A stretch of 64,000 nucleotides of DNA from the NCBI GenBank assembly GCA_963677925.2, contig CAXXYH010000004.1, positions 1,440,001-1,504,000 on the forward strand, read 5' to 3'. Below are positions 36,942 through 46,496 of this stretch, one piece after another. The stretch is from Spirochaetia bacterium (GTDB taxonomy: Bacteria > Spirochaetota > Spirochaetia > UBA9216). Positions within the stretch are counted from its first letter, which is position 1. Each line of letters opens with the position of its first letter. The position numbers were made by a program, and so were the translations under genes. The notes below the pieces were generated by a model that worked only from the letters and a program-made list of their open reading frames with translations, was not told where the DNA came from and searched no databases.

Positions 36942-37613
36942 ATGTTCGGGATTTATCTGTTTGCACTTATCTTCGGTTTCGGGGTTATTTTAATTGACAT
37001 GCTCGGTCTCATTGGTTCGGATCAGGGAAGCGGAGATGATTCTGGAGATATTTCAGCCGACAGCGGCGATGATATTGACGATATCAGTGCTGATGACGGC
37101 ATTGGATACAATGCCGGTGATGATACCGGGGAGGCAGGTAATGACTCCAGCGACCTGGACGCAAGCGATGATGGAGTACTTCTGCCTGATCTCCGCCGCG
37201 GAAGGTGGGGTTACAGTGCTCTGAATTATCTTAGATCCCTTGTATATTTCGCTCTCGGTTTCGGGGCTGTCGGGGTTTTCGGAAGTCTGACGGGGCATTC
37301 TTTTATAAGTACAATTCTCTGGAGTGCCGGAGCGGGAATCGTAATACTGATTATTGTAAAGTTTGTGATGCGGCTTCAGCGGAATGTACTTGATTCACAG
37401 GTGAAGGCCGGTGAGCTGATGCTGGCTCAGGCTGAAGTGTTGGTAACCATACCAAGGGGAAAGCTCGGCAGAATACGTGTAAAAAGCGGCGGCAGCTATC
37501 ATGACCTTTACGCACGCGGAAAGGATCCCGGAACAGTCTATCCGGCCGGGACTATAGTCTATGTTGTTGATTCTTCGGGTGATGATCTTATCGTTCATAC
37601 AGCGAAGGAATAA
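36942..37613 (+). CDS. NfeD-like membrane protein with C-terminal OB fold
   Basis: TM segments, acidic loop, AEVLVTIPRGKLGRIRV; upstream of SPFH genes. Confidence 0.75.
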   Translation: MFGIYLFALIFGFGVILIDMLGLIGSDQGSGDDSGDISADSGDDIDDISADDGIGYNAGDDTGEAGNDSSDLDASDDGVLLPDLRRGRWGYSALNYLRSLVYFALGFGAVGVFGSLTGHSFISTILWSAGAGIVILIIVKFVMRLQRNVLDSQVKAGELMLAQAEVLVTIPRGKLGRIRVKSGGSYHDLYARGKDPGTVYPAGTIVYVVDSSGDDLIVHTAKE

Positions 37614-37634
37614 AGAAGCTTTAGGAGGCAAAAA

Positions 37635-38951
37635 GTGGATATTATCACTGAATTACTTGGACAGGGGGGAGGTTCGATATTTCCGGCAATAGCGGCAATC
37701 ATCGTATTTTTTCTGCCCATCCTGATCCTGAAGGCATTTATCAAGGTGGCGCTGCCGCATATCCTGATTGTTGTTAACGGCCGCAAAAGCCGCCGTGATG
37801 GCAAGACCTACGGATTCTCCGTTGTCCGCGGAAGAACCACAGTGGTTCCCTATTTTCAGGAAGCAAGACAGCTTGATCTGGGAATCTACCCGATTAATGT
37901 ACGGGTTGAGGGTGTGAATTCCGCCAACGGAATTACCGTGGGTGCCGATGCAACTGCCTGCGTCTGTATCGATACTGATGACAGTGCAATGGTTTACACT
38001 GCTGTTGAAAAACTGCTGGGAAAAAGCCGTGAGGAAATTCAGGAGCAGATTCAGCGGACCCTGATAGGAAATTTCCGCGGTGCACTCAACAAGGCAACTC
38101 CCCAGGAGGCCATAGGCATGAAGAATGCGGATCCTGAATCAAGTGATACAGAAGGCTCAAGGGCTGAGTTTCGGGAGGAACTTGTGCGGGATATCGACAG
38201 CGACCTCTCAACCTTCGGAATGAAGGTCGTTTCAGTGTCCTTCCAGAATATCTGGGACACCTCCAACTATATAGCCAATCTTGCTCAGAAAACTCTTTCG
38301 TCAAAGCAGAAAGAGGTTGCCATCGAGGAAGCCCGTCTTAAAGCCGAGGCGGAACAGGCTGAATCTGACAGCAACAGAATCATCACCCTGGCCAGAAAAA
38401 AGGCCGAGGAAGCAATAATCGCTGCCAGACAGAAGGTTGAGCTTTACCGTAAAGAGAGTGAAAACCTGATAGTCGAGAAAAAGCTGCTTGCAGACAACGG
38501 CATAGAGAAGGCTCAGAATGAGGGCCAGACCCGTGTTCAGTCCGAGCATGTCGAGCTTAGGAAACTGCGGAACCAGACCGAGGTTGTTCTTGATGCCGAA
38601 GCCAAGAGTCAGGCTTCCGAAATCCTGGCAGAGGGAGAGAACGAGGCGATTCGTATAGTTGAGGGAACCAGAAACTCTATGCTGCGTCAGAAGACTGAAC
38701 TTCTGAAGAAGGCCGGAGATGTGGGAAACATGGTCCTTTTCATGAATCAGCTTCCCTTTCTTTATGAGGCCTACAAGCAGTCCGCAGGAAAGGCCGGTGT
38801 GAACAATTTTCTGGTTATGGATGAAAAAACAGGATTTTCTGGTGCAGTTAACCGCGGGCCTGCCGCCTTTGTTACCTTTCTGAAACACTTTCAGGAGGGA
38901 ATGGGAATCAATATACCTGAACTTATGGGTAAAAAGGAGGCCGCCAAATGA
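37635..38951 (+). CDS. Flotillin / SPFH-domain protein
   Basis: N-terminal TM, SPFH domain (TLIGNFRG..DLSTFGMKVVSVSFQNIWD), AE-rich coiled coil. Confidence 0.85.
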   Translation: MDIITELLGQGGGSIFPAIAAIIVFFLPILILKAFIKVALPHILIVVNGRKSRRDGKTYGFSVVRGRTTVVPYFQEARQLDLGIYPINVRVEGVNSANGITVGADATACVCIDTDDSAMVYTAVEKLLGKSREEIQEQIQRTLIGNFRGALNKATPQEAIGMKNADPESSDTEGSRAEFREELVRDIDSDLSTFGMKVVSVSFQNIWDTSNYIANLAQKTLSSKQKEVAIEEARLKAEAEQAESDSNRIITLARKKAEEAIIAARQKVELYRKESENLIVEKKLLADNGIEKAQNEGQTRVQSEHVELRKLRNQTEVVLDAEAKSQASEILAEGENEAIRIVEGTRNSMLRQKTELLKKAGDVGNMVLFMNQLPFLYEAYKQSAGKAGVNNFLVMDEKTGFSGAVNRGPAAFVTFLKHFQEGMGINIPELMGKKEAAK

Positions 38952-40237
38952 TGCTGTTTACCGTTACACTGATATTACTTATTCTTATAACTCTTTTTAT
39001 CCAGCTTATAACCCGGATGAAGATCATCGGGGGAAACAAACTTGGTATTATTGCAGGCAAGGGCGGCAAGGCCGGTTTTACCACGCTTTCGGGCGGACGG
39101 GCTTTTATAATACCGCTTTTTCACCGCTATACAACCGTAAATCTTATGCCTTATACAATAGACGTTGTTGTGAAGTCTTCCATCGCCGATGGGGTGGTTC
39201 CGCTGAACGTTAAGGCCACTGTAAGTTTTTCAATTGCATCATCCGCCCAGGGCAGGGATAAGGCTGTTACACGCCTGCTTTCAATGATAGATCATCCCGA
39301 TAACCTTAAAGAAGTTGCAAGCGATATCATCGAGGGACACCTCAGGGATGTAATTGCATCCATGACTCCTGAACAGGTTATGCAGGATAAGGATCAGCTT
39401 GTTTCAAACATGATAAACGTCTGTAAGACTGATCTTGAAAACATCGGACTTGAAATTGCAACAATGAATATTGCAGATGTCGATGATCACCGTCTTGAAG
39501 GTGTCGAGGACCCTGAACTCTACATTGCACTGCTTAAGCGTATTCAGACCGTGTATGCAGAATGCCAGGCCAGAATTGCAAAGGCTGAATCACAGGCAAA
39601 ATCGGTTGAAGAAGAGGAAAAGCGGCGTACTGAAATAGAAGTCAGGAAATACACCAATATGTATGAGAACATGGTTGCCGAGACCCGTGTTGCTGTTGCC
39701 GAGGAAGAGCAGCGGGGGCTGGTAGGTATTGAGGGTGTACAGAAAGCTGCGGATGCCGAGGTTGCCGGTCTTAAAACCAAGATCGAATCTGAAAAAGAGC
39801 GCGTGGTGATGCTCCGCAAGAAGCTTGAGGCAGAGGTTGTAACCCCGGCACAGGCTGAGAAGGAAAAGATGATTCTTGAGGCAAAAATCAAGTCTGCAGA
39901 AATAAGAGGTGAAGAACAGGCTGTTATAGATCAGCTTAAAGAGACTATAGATATTATCGCCTCACAGGGCGAAAAGGGTGCTACTGCCTATCTTATTGAG
40001 AATTTCAGCAAGCTTATTCAGCCTTTTGCCGAGACACTCACCCTTTTCAATGTTGATAATGTATCTGTTGTGACTGGAATGGAAGGCGGGCACCAGCCGA
40101 TAAGCGCCATTCATCCCCATGCTGTTGATATGACAAAAAATGAACTGATTAAAAACCTTATGGGAGACAGTCTTGGGGTATCTCCTGAGTTACTGACCGG
40201 TAAGAATTCCGTTTCTGTTTCTTCTATTAAAAAATAG
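38948..40237 (+). CDS. Flotillin / SPFH-domain protein
   Basis: GGRAFIIP, IIEGHLRDVIASMTPEQ, DLENIGLEI, coiled coil; ATGA overlap with previous gene. Confidence 0.88.
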   Translation: MMLFTVTLILLILITLFIQLITRMKIIGGNKLGIIAGKGGKAGFTTLSGGRAFIIPLFHRYTTVNLMPYTIDVVVKSSIADGVVPLNVKATVSFSIASSAQGRDKAVTRLLSMIDHPDNLKEVASDIIEGHLRDVIASMTPEQVMQDKDQLVSNMINVCKTDLENIGLEIATMNIADVDDHRLEGVEDPELYIALLKRIQTVYAECQARIAKAESQAKSVEEEEKRRTEIEVRKYTNMYENMVAETRVAVAEEEQRGLVGIEGVQKAADAEVAGLKTKIESEKERVVMLRKKLEAEVVTPAQAEKEKMILEAKIKSAEIRGEEQAVIDQLKETIDIIASQGEKGATAYLIENFSKLIQPFAETLTLFNVDNVSVVTGMEGGHQPISAIHPHAVDMTKNELIKNLMGDSLGVSPELLTGKNSVSVSSIKK

Positions 40238-40244
40238 AATTCAA

Positions 40245-40289
40245 GCCTCTCTGACAGGATCAAATTCAGACTGTCAGAGAGGCCTTTCT
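40245..40289 (+). terminator. Probable terminator after flotillin operon
   Basis: 13-bp stem GCCTCTCTGACAG / CTGTCAGAGAGGC followed by CTTTCT. Confidence 0.6.
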
Positions 40290-40341
40290 GTTTAATCCCG
40301 CTTATTGCAAATTCCAACCATCTGCGCTTTAATGTTGCTCT

Positions 40342-42504
40342 ATGGATGACAGATATTTTAAGCAGGCTTCGGCCGATACCGGCGTCCCCGTCAGGGGAGT
40401 AATTGCAGTCGCGGGACTTCTTGAAGAGGGGGCTACTGTTCCCTTTATAGCCCGCTATAGAAAAGAGGCAACAGGCAATCTTGATGAGGTTCAGATAATA
40501 GCCGTCAGGGATCGTCTTGAAGAAATTGCCGCCTTTGAAAAAAGACGTGAAGCAATCCTCTCCTCTCTGAAAGAACGGGAGCTTCTGACCGATGAGCTTG
40601 CCGCGGCAATTGACGCGGTTATGACCCTGAATGAACTGGAAGATCTCTATCTTCCATACCGCCCTAAGAAGAAAACCAGGGCCTCTGTTGCCGCGGAGAA
40701 GGGGCTTACTCCCCTTGCCGAAGCAATACTGTTATTCACCTGCAGCCTGCCGAAGGACGCCGAAGCTTTCATCAATCCAGAAAACGGAGTTGAAACTGCA
40801 GATGATGCACTCGCAGGAGCTTCGGATATCATTGCCGAGAAAGTTTCGGAGAGCAGCGCCGTCCGCGGAAAGCTTCGGGAACTCTTTGAACGCGATGCAG
40901 TTCTCAGTTCACAGGTTATTGCCAAAAAAAAGGAAGAGGCGGCCAAATACCAGGATTATTTTGATTTTTCCCAGCGGATTTCCGGGATTCCATCCCACCG
41001 CTTTCTGGCTGTAATGCGCGGGGCTGATGAGGGCTTTCTGCGATGGCACATCCTGCCTGATGAAGAGACCGCCCTGAAGATTATTAACCGTGAGTTTCAT
41101 GATCTTCTTCATAAACAGAGCGGGAGGAAGAACCCTGCCTGTACTGATTTTATCAGGGCGGCTTCGGCTGATGCTTACGGCAGGCTTATTGCCCCCTCAC
41201 TTGAAACTGAGACAAAGAAAGCGGCTAAACTAAGCGCCGATACCGAGGCTGTTTCGGTCTTTGCCGAGAACGTGCGCAACCTGCTTATGGCGGCCCCACT
41301 GGGCGCAAAGCGGATGATTGCTGTCGACCCGGGGCTTCGGACAGGATGCAAGGTTGTAGTTCTCGGCGCAGAGGGAGCCCTCCTTGAACATGATGTCATT
41401 TACCCCCTTCCGCCCCACAATAAAACAGCTGATGCAGAGCGCAAGCTGCTGGCCATGGCCTCAAAGTATAAAACCGAGGTCGTTGCTGTAGGTAACGGAA
41501 CAGGCGGAAGAGAGACTGAATCCTTTCTGCGCTCGGTATTCGCCGGGTCGACGGTGATTATAGAATCGGTTAATGAAAGCGGCGCTTCTGTTTATTCCGC
41601 ATCTGAGGCTGCACGGCGTGAGTTTCCTGACCAGGACGTTACAGTCCGGGGAGCTGTCTCAATCGGGCGGCGCCTGATGGATCCGCTGGCAGAGCTTGTA
41701 AAGATCGACCCGGGTTCAATCGGGGTCGGCCAGTATCAGCACGATGTTGATTCAAAGCTTCTTAAGAAGGGGCTTGATGATGTTGTTATATCATGCGTTA
41801 ACTCCGTCGGTGTTGAACTGAATACCGCCAGCAGCGAACTGCTTTCGTATGTTTCCGGACTCAGCAGAAAGACTGCTGATGCAATCGTAAAGAACCGTGA
41901 AAAGACCGGCAGCTTCAAGGCCCGTGAACAGCTTCTGAAGGTCGGCGGGGTAGGCGATAAGGTCTATCAGCAGGCGGCAGGCTTCCTGCGCATCAATAAT
42001 GGCAAGAATCCCCTTGATTCCAGCGGTGTCCACCCTGAAAGCTACCCGATTGTAGAGAAGATGGCCAAAAACAGCGGCTGTTCTGTGGCAGAGCTTATGA
42101 ACGATCCTAAAAAAATTGATTCCCTTGTGCCGCGTGATTATATTAGTGAAAGCGCCGGTCTTCCAACTGTGAACGATATTATTGCCGAGCTTAAAAAGCC
42201 GGGACGTGATCCGAGGGATGAATACAGGTTTTTCAGCTTTAGTGAGGGCATTAAAACGATGTCCGACCTGAAGGAGGGAATGCTTGTAAACGGCATAGTT
42301 ACAAACGTTGCAGCCTTTGGTGCCTTTGTTGATACCGGGGTGCATCAGGACGGACTGGTTCACATCAGTGAAATATCGGAGCATTTTATAAAGAACCCGT
42401 CCGATATTCTAAAGGTCGGCCAGTACGTTCAGGTGAAGGTTCTTGCCGTAGATGAAAAGAGGAAAAGGATCTCCCTTTCAATGAAGGGTGTTCCCCAGGG
42501 ATAG
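40342..42504 (+). CDS. tex: Tex family RNA-binding transcriptional accessory protein
   Basis: GATVPFIARYRKEATG, DPGLRTGCK, GVGQYQHDV, C-terminal S1 domain. Confidence 0.95.
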   Translation: MDDRYFKQASADTGVPVRGVIAVAGLLEEGATVPFIARYRKEATGNLDEVQIIAVRDRLEEIAAFEKRREAILSSLKERELLTDELAAAIDAVMTLNELEDLYLPYRPKKKTRASVAAEKGLTPLAEAILLFTCSLPKDAEAFINPENGVETADDALAGASDIIAEKVSESSAVRGKLRELFERDAVLSSQVIAKKKEEAAKYQDYFDFSQRISGIPSHRFLAVMRGADEGFLRWHILPDEETALKIINREFHDLLHKQSGRKNPACTDFIRAASADAYGRLIAPSLETETKKAAKLSADTEAVSVFAENVRNLLMAAPLGAKRMIAVDPGLRTGCKVVVLGAEGALLEHDVIYPLPPHNKTADAERKLLAMASKYKTEVVAVGNGTGGRETESFLRSVFAGSTVIIESVNESGASVYSASEAARREFPDQDVTVRGAVSIGRRLMDPLAELVKIDPGSIGVGQYQHDVDSKLLKKGLDDVVISCVNSVGVELNTASSELLSYVSGLSRKTADAIVKNREKTGSFKAREQLLKVGGVGDKVYQQAAGFLRINNGKNPLDSSGVHPESYPIVEKMAKNSGCSVAELMNDPKKIDSLVPRDYISESAGLPTVNDIIAELKKPGRDPRDEYRFFSFSEGIKTMSDLKEGMLVNGIVTNVAAFGAFVDTGVHQDGLVHISEISEHFIKNPSDILKVGQYVQVKVLAVDEKRKRISLSMKGVPQG

Positions 42505-42507
42505 ATT

Positions 42508-43440
42508 ATGCAGAAAAAAACTGTTTTTATAGACACCGATTGCGGTATCGATGATGCTGTAGCCATCATGATGGCTCTTGCGGCTCCGGAACTTGAAGTT
42601 GCCGGAATAAGCTGCGTTGCAGGCAATACCAGCCTTGATAATGTTGTAAATAACGTATGCGGGCTTCTTTCTTTTTCCGGCCGGACCGATGTTCCGGTAT
42701 TCAAAGGGGCTGCCTTTCCCTTTGTCAGAAACGAGATTCGTTCGGACAATATACACGGAGCCAGCGGCCTTGGAAATGTCAAGCTTGATGCCTCGGCAAA
42801 GAGCATTGATGCATTGAATGCTGTTGATGGTCTTCTCAAAACTGCTGAGGAGAACAGGGGGATGACCCTGGTAACACTCGGGCCGCTTACAAATATAGCC
42901 ATCGCGCTTAATCTGTATCCGCAGCTGAAGGACCTTCTTGGAGAAATAGTGATGATGGGCGGGGCAATCGGTCCGGGAAATGTAACACCCCATGCCGAGT
43001 TTAACTTTGCCTATGATCCGGAGGCAATCGCCTTCTGTCTTTCCGCCGGGCTTCCGGTCAGTATCCTCACCTGGGATGCTGTAATGGATATGATTTACAC
43101 TGAAGAGGAGTTTGATGCCCTCGATATGGGCGGAACCGCCGCAGGACAGCTTTTTCTGGATCTCCAGAGCTTCTACATGGATTACAAGGAAAGCGTCTAT
43201 GGAAAGAGGCTTATCTCCTTTCCCGATCCGCTTGCCATGGCCTGTGTGATAGATCCATCATCGGTTACAGAATCAGAAAAAATGAATCTCGGAATAATAC
43301 TCGATCAGAGCGATGCGAGGCGCGGAGCCTCGGTTAAGGATGAAAAATTCGGCGGTTATGCCGATGTGATTACAAAATGCGATATAGACAAGTTCTCTGC
43401 TCTTCTGAAGCGGATAAAATACATAGGACAGAAAGGTTAG
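42508..43440 (+). CDS. Nucleoside hydrolase (IU-NH family)
   Basis: DTDCGIDDA, LGPLTNIA, AEFNFAYDPEA. Confidence 0.9.
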   Translation: MQKKTVFIDTDCGIDDAVAIMMALAAPELEVAGISCVAGNTSLDNVVNNVCGLLSFSGRTDVPVFKGAAFPFVRNEIRSDNIHGASGLGNVKLDASAKSIDALNAVDGLLKTAEENRGMTLVTLGPLTNIAIALNLYPQLKDLLGEIVMMGGAIGPGNVTPHAEFNFAYDPEAIAFCLSAGLPVSILTWDAVMDMIYTEEEFDALDMGGTAAGQLFLDLQSFYMDYKESVYGKRLISFPDPLAMACVIDPSSVTESEKMNLGIILDQSDARRGASVKDEKFGGYADVITKCDIDKFSALLKRIKYIGQKG

Positions 43441-43450
43441 ACAGATATTG

Positions 43451-46411
43451 ATGTACAGAATCGGAGAAAAACACCACGGATTTATATCAACAGAGATAGA
43501 TGACCTTCCTGAATACAAGGGCGAAGGCTTCCGTTTTACACATGAAAAGACAGGTCTTGACCTCTACCATGTAAAAAACGATGACAAGGAGAACCTCTTC
43601 TCCTTTATTTTCAAGACTCCGCCCTATGATGATACAGGCCTTCCCCACATCCTTGAGCACTGTGTTCTAAGCGGTTCAAGGAAGTATCCGATAAAGGACC
43701 CCTTCCTTGCAATGATGAACGGAAGCATGAATACCTTCCTCAACGCGATGACTTATCCCGATAAGACCGTCTTTCCGGCGGCATCAACTGTTGAACGCGA
43801 CTATTTCAACCTGATGAGCGTCTATGGAGACGCTGTTTTCTTTCCCCTGCTCAAAGAGGAAATTTTCATGCAGGAGGGAATACGCTTTGAAAAGGACGGA
43901 GACGGCGGCATACTGCCGCAGGGCGTTGTTTTCAACGAGATGAAGGGCGCCTACTCAAACCATGACTCCATTGCCTCTGAATATTCATACCGGAAACTTT
44001 TTCCCGATACGCCCTACCGCTTCGACAGCGGCGGGGAACCCTCGGCTATACCATCGCTTACCTATGAGGCCTTTGTTGCCTTTCACAAGCGCTACTATCA
44101 TCCTTCAAACTGCCGGATCTTTCTTTATGGTGATATAGAAACAGACAAGCAGCTGGCTTTCATTGAAGAAAACTTCCTTGGCGGATTTTCTGCAAAGGCG
44201 GAACCTGCAGAGGAACTCAACTTGCAGCCTGGCTGGTCTGCACCGGTTGTTGAAACCATCACCTGTCCCTTCGATGAGGATGGTGAGGGTGATGACCTTG
44301 CCACAATAACCATGAACTGGAAAACCGCCGGAGTGGGAGAACCCATAAACATTCTTGCATTCGAGGTACTAGCCGAAGCTCTCCTCGGAAATATGGGTGC
44401 CCCGGTCTACAAGGCCGTTGTTGAATCCGGACTCGGTGAAGATCTGAGCCCTGTAAGCGGAATAGAAACCGATCTGCGCGAGATTGTTTTTTCCATAGGA
44501 ATACGCGGGGCAAAAGCTGAATCAAGGGAAGATTTTGAAAAGCTGATCATGGATCTACTTGAGGATATGGCCGAAAACGGAATTCCAGCCGATTCGCTTA
44601 CCGGTGCAATTCACAAGGTTGAGTTCAGAAACCGTGAGATAAAGGGCGGAGCCCCCTTCGGCCTCAGACTGATGGGCCGTTCGCTCAAGGGCTGGCTGCA
44701 TGATGCTTCGCCTTCACATACAATGGTTTATGAATCGAGTATGGAGGAACTGAAGCGAAGAATTGCCGATGACAGCTCCTATTTCAGCAGGATGCTTAAG
44801 ACCTGGTTCATCGACAATCCCAACAGAATTACTCTTTCCGTTGTTCCCGATGCCGGTCATAACAGCAGGATGGACAGTGATATCGAAGCTGCTGTTGAGA
44901 AGCGGAGAGCCTCGTATACTGCCGAAGAAGCCTCCTCCCAGGATGAAAAACTTGAATCCTTTCAGAACTTTCAGGAGCAGCCTGATGATAAAAATGCGGA
45001 TCTGATTCCGACTCTGGATCTTGAAGATCTTCCGCTTGAAATACGAAAAATTAAAACCGATCAGGAGACCTTCAGCGGAGTTCCGCTTTATTCCCATAAG
45101 CTCTTTACAAACGGAATTGTCTACCTCGATCTGGCAATTGATGTACGGGATATCGAGGACGAAGACGGAATGCTTCTGCCCTTCTTCAGCAGGATGATAT
45201 GCTCATCGGCGCTGCCTGATATGACCTATGACGAGGTTGCTGTAAAGCTTTCAATGATTACCGGCGGGCTGTATACCTTTCTTGAATCAAGCCGGACGGC
45301 AGGGAAAGATCCGAAAAGGAAGGATTACCTCTTTTTCAGGCTGAAAGCCCTTGAGTCTGATTTTGATGAGGCAATGAAACTTACATCCGACCTTTTTCTT
45401 AAATCCCTCATCGGAGATGAAACCAGGATTAAAGACCTGCTGCTTGAGATGAAGAATGATTTCAAATCAAGCATTATTCCTGCCGGACATTCCTTCTGTG
45501 CTGTTAAAGCAGGCGCCGAGTTTGACCGGGTTCTTGAACGTGAGGATGAATGGCGGGGAACAAGGCAGTATCTCTACATAAACAGCCTGGCCGCAGATCT
45601 TAAGAAGTCAGTTCCCCAGATAGGGAAAAAACTGCTTGAAATCAGGGACGAACTCTTTGCTCCGGGAAGAATTTCATTCAATATTACCTGTGAAGAGGCT
45701 TCGGTCGGTATGGTGAAAGAGGGTATAGTTGATTTTCTGAAGAAGATTGACGACCGTGAATCTGTCCGCCAGCGAAAGGCTGCCGGAGCACCGCTTAAAA
45801 ATGAACCTGCTTTTTCGATGGCTTCACTGGCCGTTCCCTCATCAATCTGCTATACAGCGGCGGCCTTCCCCTGTTCAAAGCTTGGAACCGAAGAGCATTC
45901 CCATGAAACCCTGCTTGGACATCTGCTTAAAACAAACTACCTCTGGGAAGAGGTCCGGATGAAAAACGGAGCCTACGGTGTATATGCCGCGGTCAACGGA
46001 ACCGAAGGCCTTTTCACCCTTTCAACCTACAGGGACCCTGCTCCAGGAAAGAATATCAATGCAACCAGGACCGCCTTTGATTCGGCAATTTCAGGCCGCT
46101 ACAAATACAAAGATTTGAAGAAAGCAATTATTACAGTCGTCGGTAAGGATGCAAAACCCCTGAGCCCCGGTGAGCAGAGTCTGATCGGTTTCAGGCGGGA
46201 ACTCTATGACATTACCGACGAAATGCGTCAGCAGAAGAGAGAGGCAATGCTTGGTACAACTACCGAGGATATAATGGATGCCGCTATCAGGCTTAAGGAA
46301 AATATGAAGGGCTCGGTCACAGTAGTGATGGGACCTGATTCTGTAATAAATGAACTTGCTGCCGAGTTCGGCGATGAGATAAAGGAAAACCGCCAGCAGC
46401 TGCCGCTGTAA
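43451..46411 (+). CDS. M16C metallopeptidase (insulinase family, PreP-like)
   Basis: HILEH inverted zinc motif, FLNAMTYPDKT, GVVFNEMKG, GAYG, TYRDP. Confidence 0.92.
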   Translation: MYRIGEKHHGFISTEIDDLPEYKGEGFRFTHEKTGLDLYHVKNDDKENLFSFIFKTPPYDDTGLPHILEHCVLSGSRKYPIKDPFLAMMNGSMNTFLNAMTYPDKTVFPAASTVERDYFNLMSVYGDAVFFPLLKEEIFMQEGIRFEKDGDGGILPQGVVFNEMKGAYSNHDSIASEYSYRKLFPDTPYRFDSGGEPSAIPSLTYEAFVAFHKRYYHPSNCRIFLYGDIETDKQLAFIEENFLGGFSAKAEPAEELNLQPGWSAPVVETITCPFDEDGEGDDLATITMNWKTAGVGEPINILAFEVLAEALLGNMGAPVYKAVVESGLGEDLSPVSGIETDLREIVFSIGIRGAKAESREDFEKLIMDLLEDMAENGIPADSLTGAIHKVEFRNREIKGGAPFGLRLMGRSLKGWLHDASPSHTMVYESSMEELKRRIADDSSYFSRMLKTWFIDNPNRITLSVVPDAGHNSRMDSDIEAAVEKRRASYTAEEASSQDEKLESFQNFQEQPDDKNADLIPTLDLEDLPLEIRKIKTDQETFSGVPLYSHKLFTNGIVYLDLAIDVRDIEDEDGMLLPFFSRMICSSALPDMTYDEVAVKLSMITGGLYTFLESSRTAGKDPKRKDYLFFRLKALESDFDEAMKLTSDLFLKSLIGDETRIKDLLLEMKNDFKSSIIPAGHSFCAVKAGAEFDRVLEREDEWRGTRQYLYINSLAADLKKSVPQIGKKLLEIRDELFAPGRISFNITCEEASVGMVKEGIVDFLKKIDDRESVRQRKAAGAPLKNEPAFSMASLAVPSSICYTAAAFPCSKLGTEEHSHETLLGHLLKTNYLWEEVRMKNGAYGVYAAVNGTEGLFTLSTYRDPAPGKNINATRTAFDSAISGRYKYKDLKKAIITVVGKDAKPLSPGEQSLIGFRRELYDITDEMRQQKREAMLGTTTEDIMDAAIRLKENMKGSVTVVMGPDSVINELAAEFGDEIKENRQQLPL

Positions 46412-46438
46412 GGGTAACCGCGGCTGTCGCCTTAAAAA

Positions 46439-46488
46439 GGAACTGTCAGCGCCTAAGCTTCTTTCATAGCGGAAGCTTAGGCAGTTCC
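46439..46488. terminator. Hairpin between convergent genes
   Basis: GCCTAAGCTTC / GAAGCTTAGGC stem with outer GGAACTG / CAGTTCC pairing. Confidence 0.5.
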
Positions 46489-46496
46489 AATCCTTC

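Noticed and set aside
38301-38888. Long antisense ORFs (e.g. 38301-38888, 41791-42384, 42478-42993)
   Set aside because: Shadows of well-supported genes on the opposite strand, with no motifs or RBS
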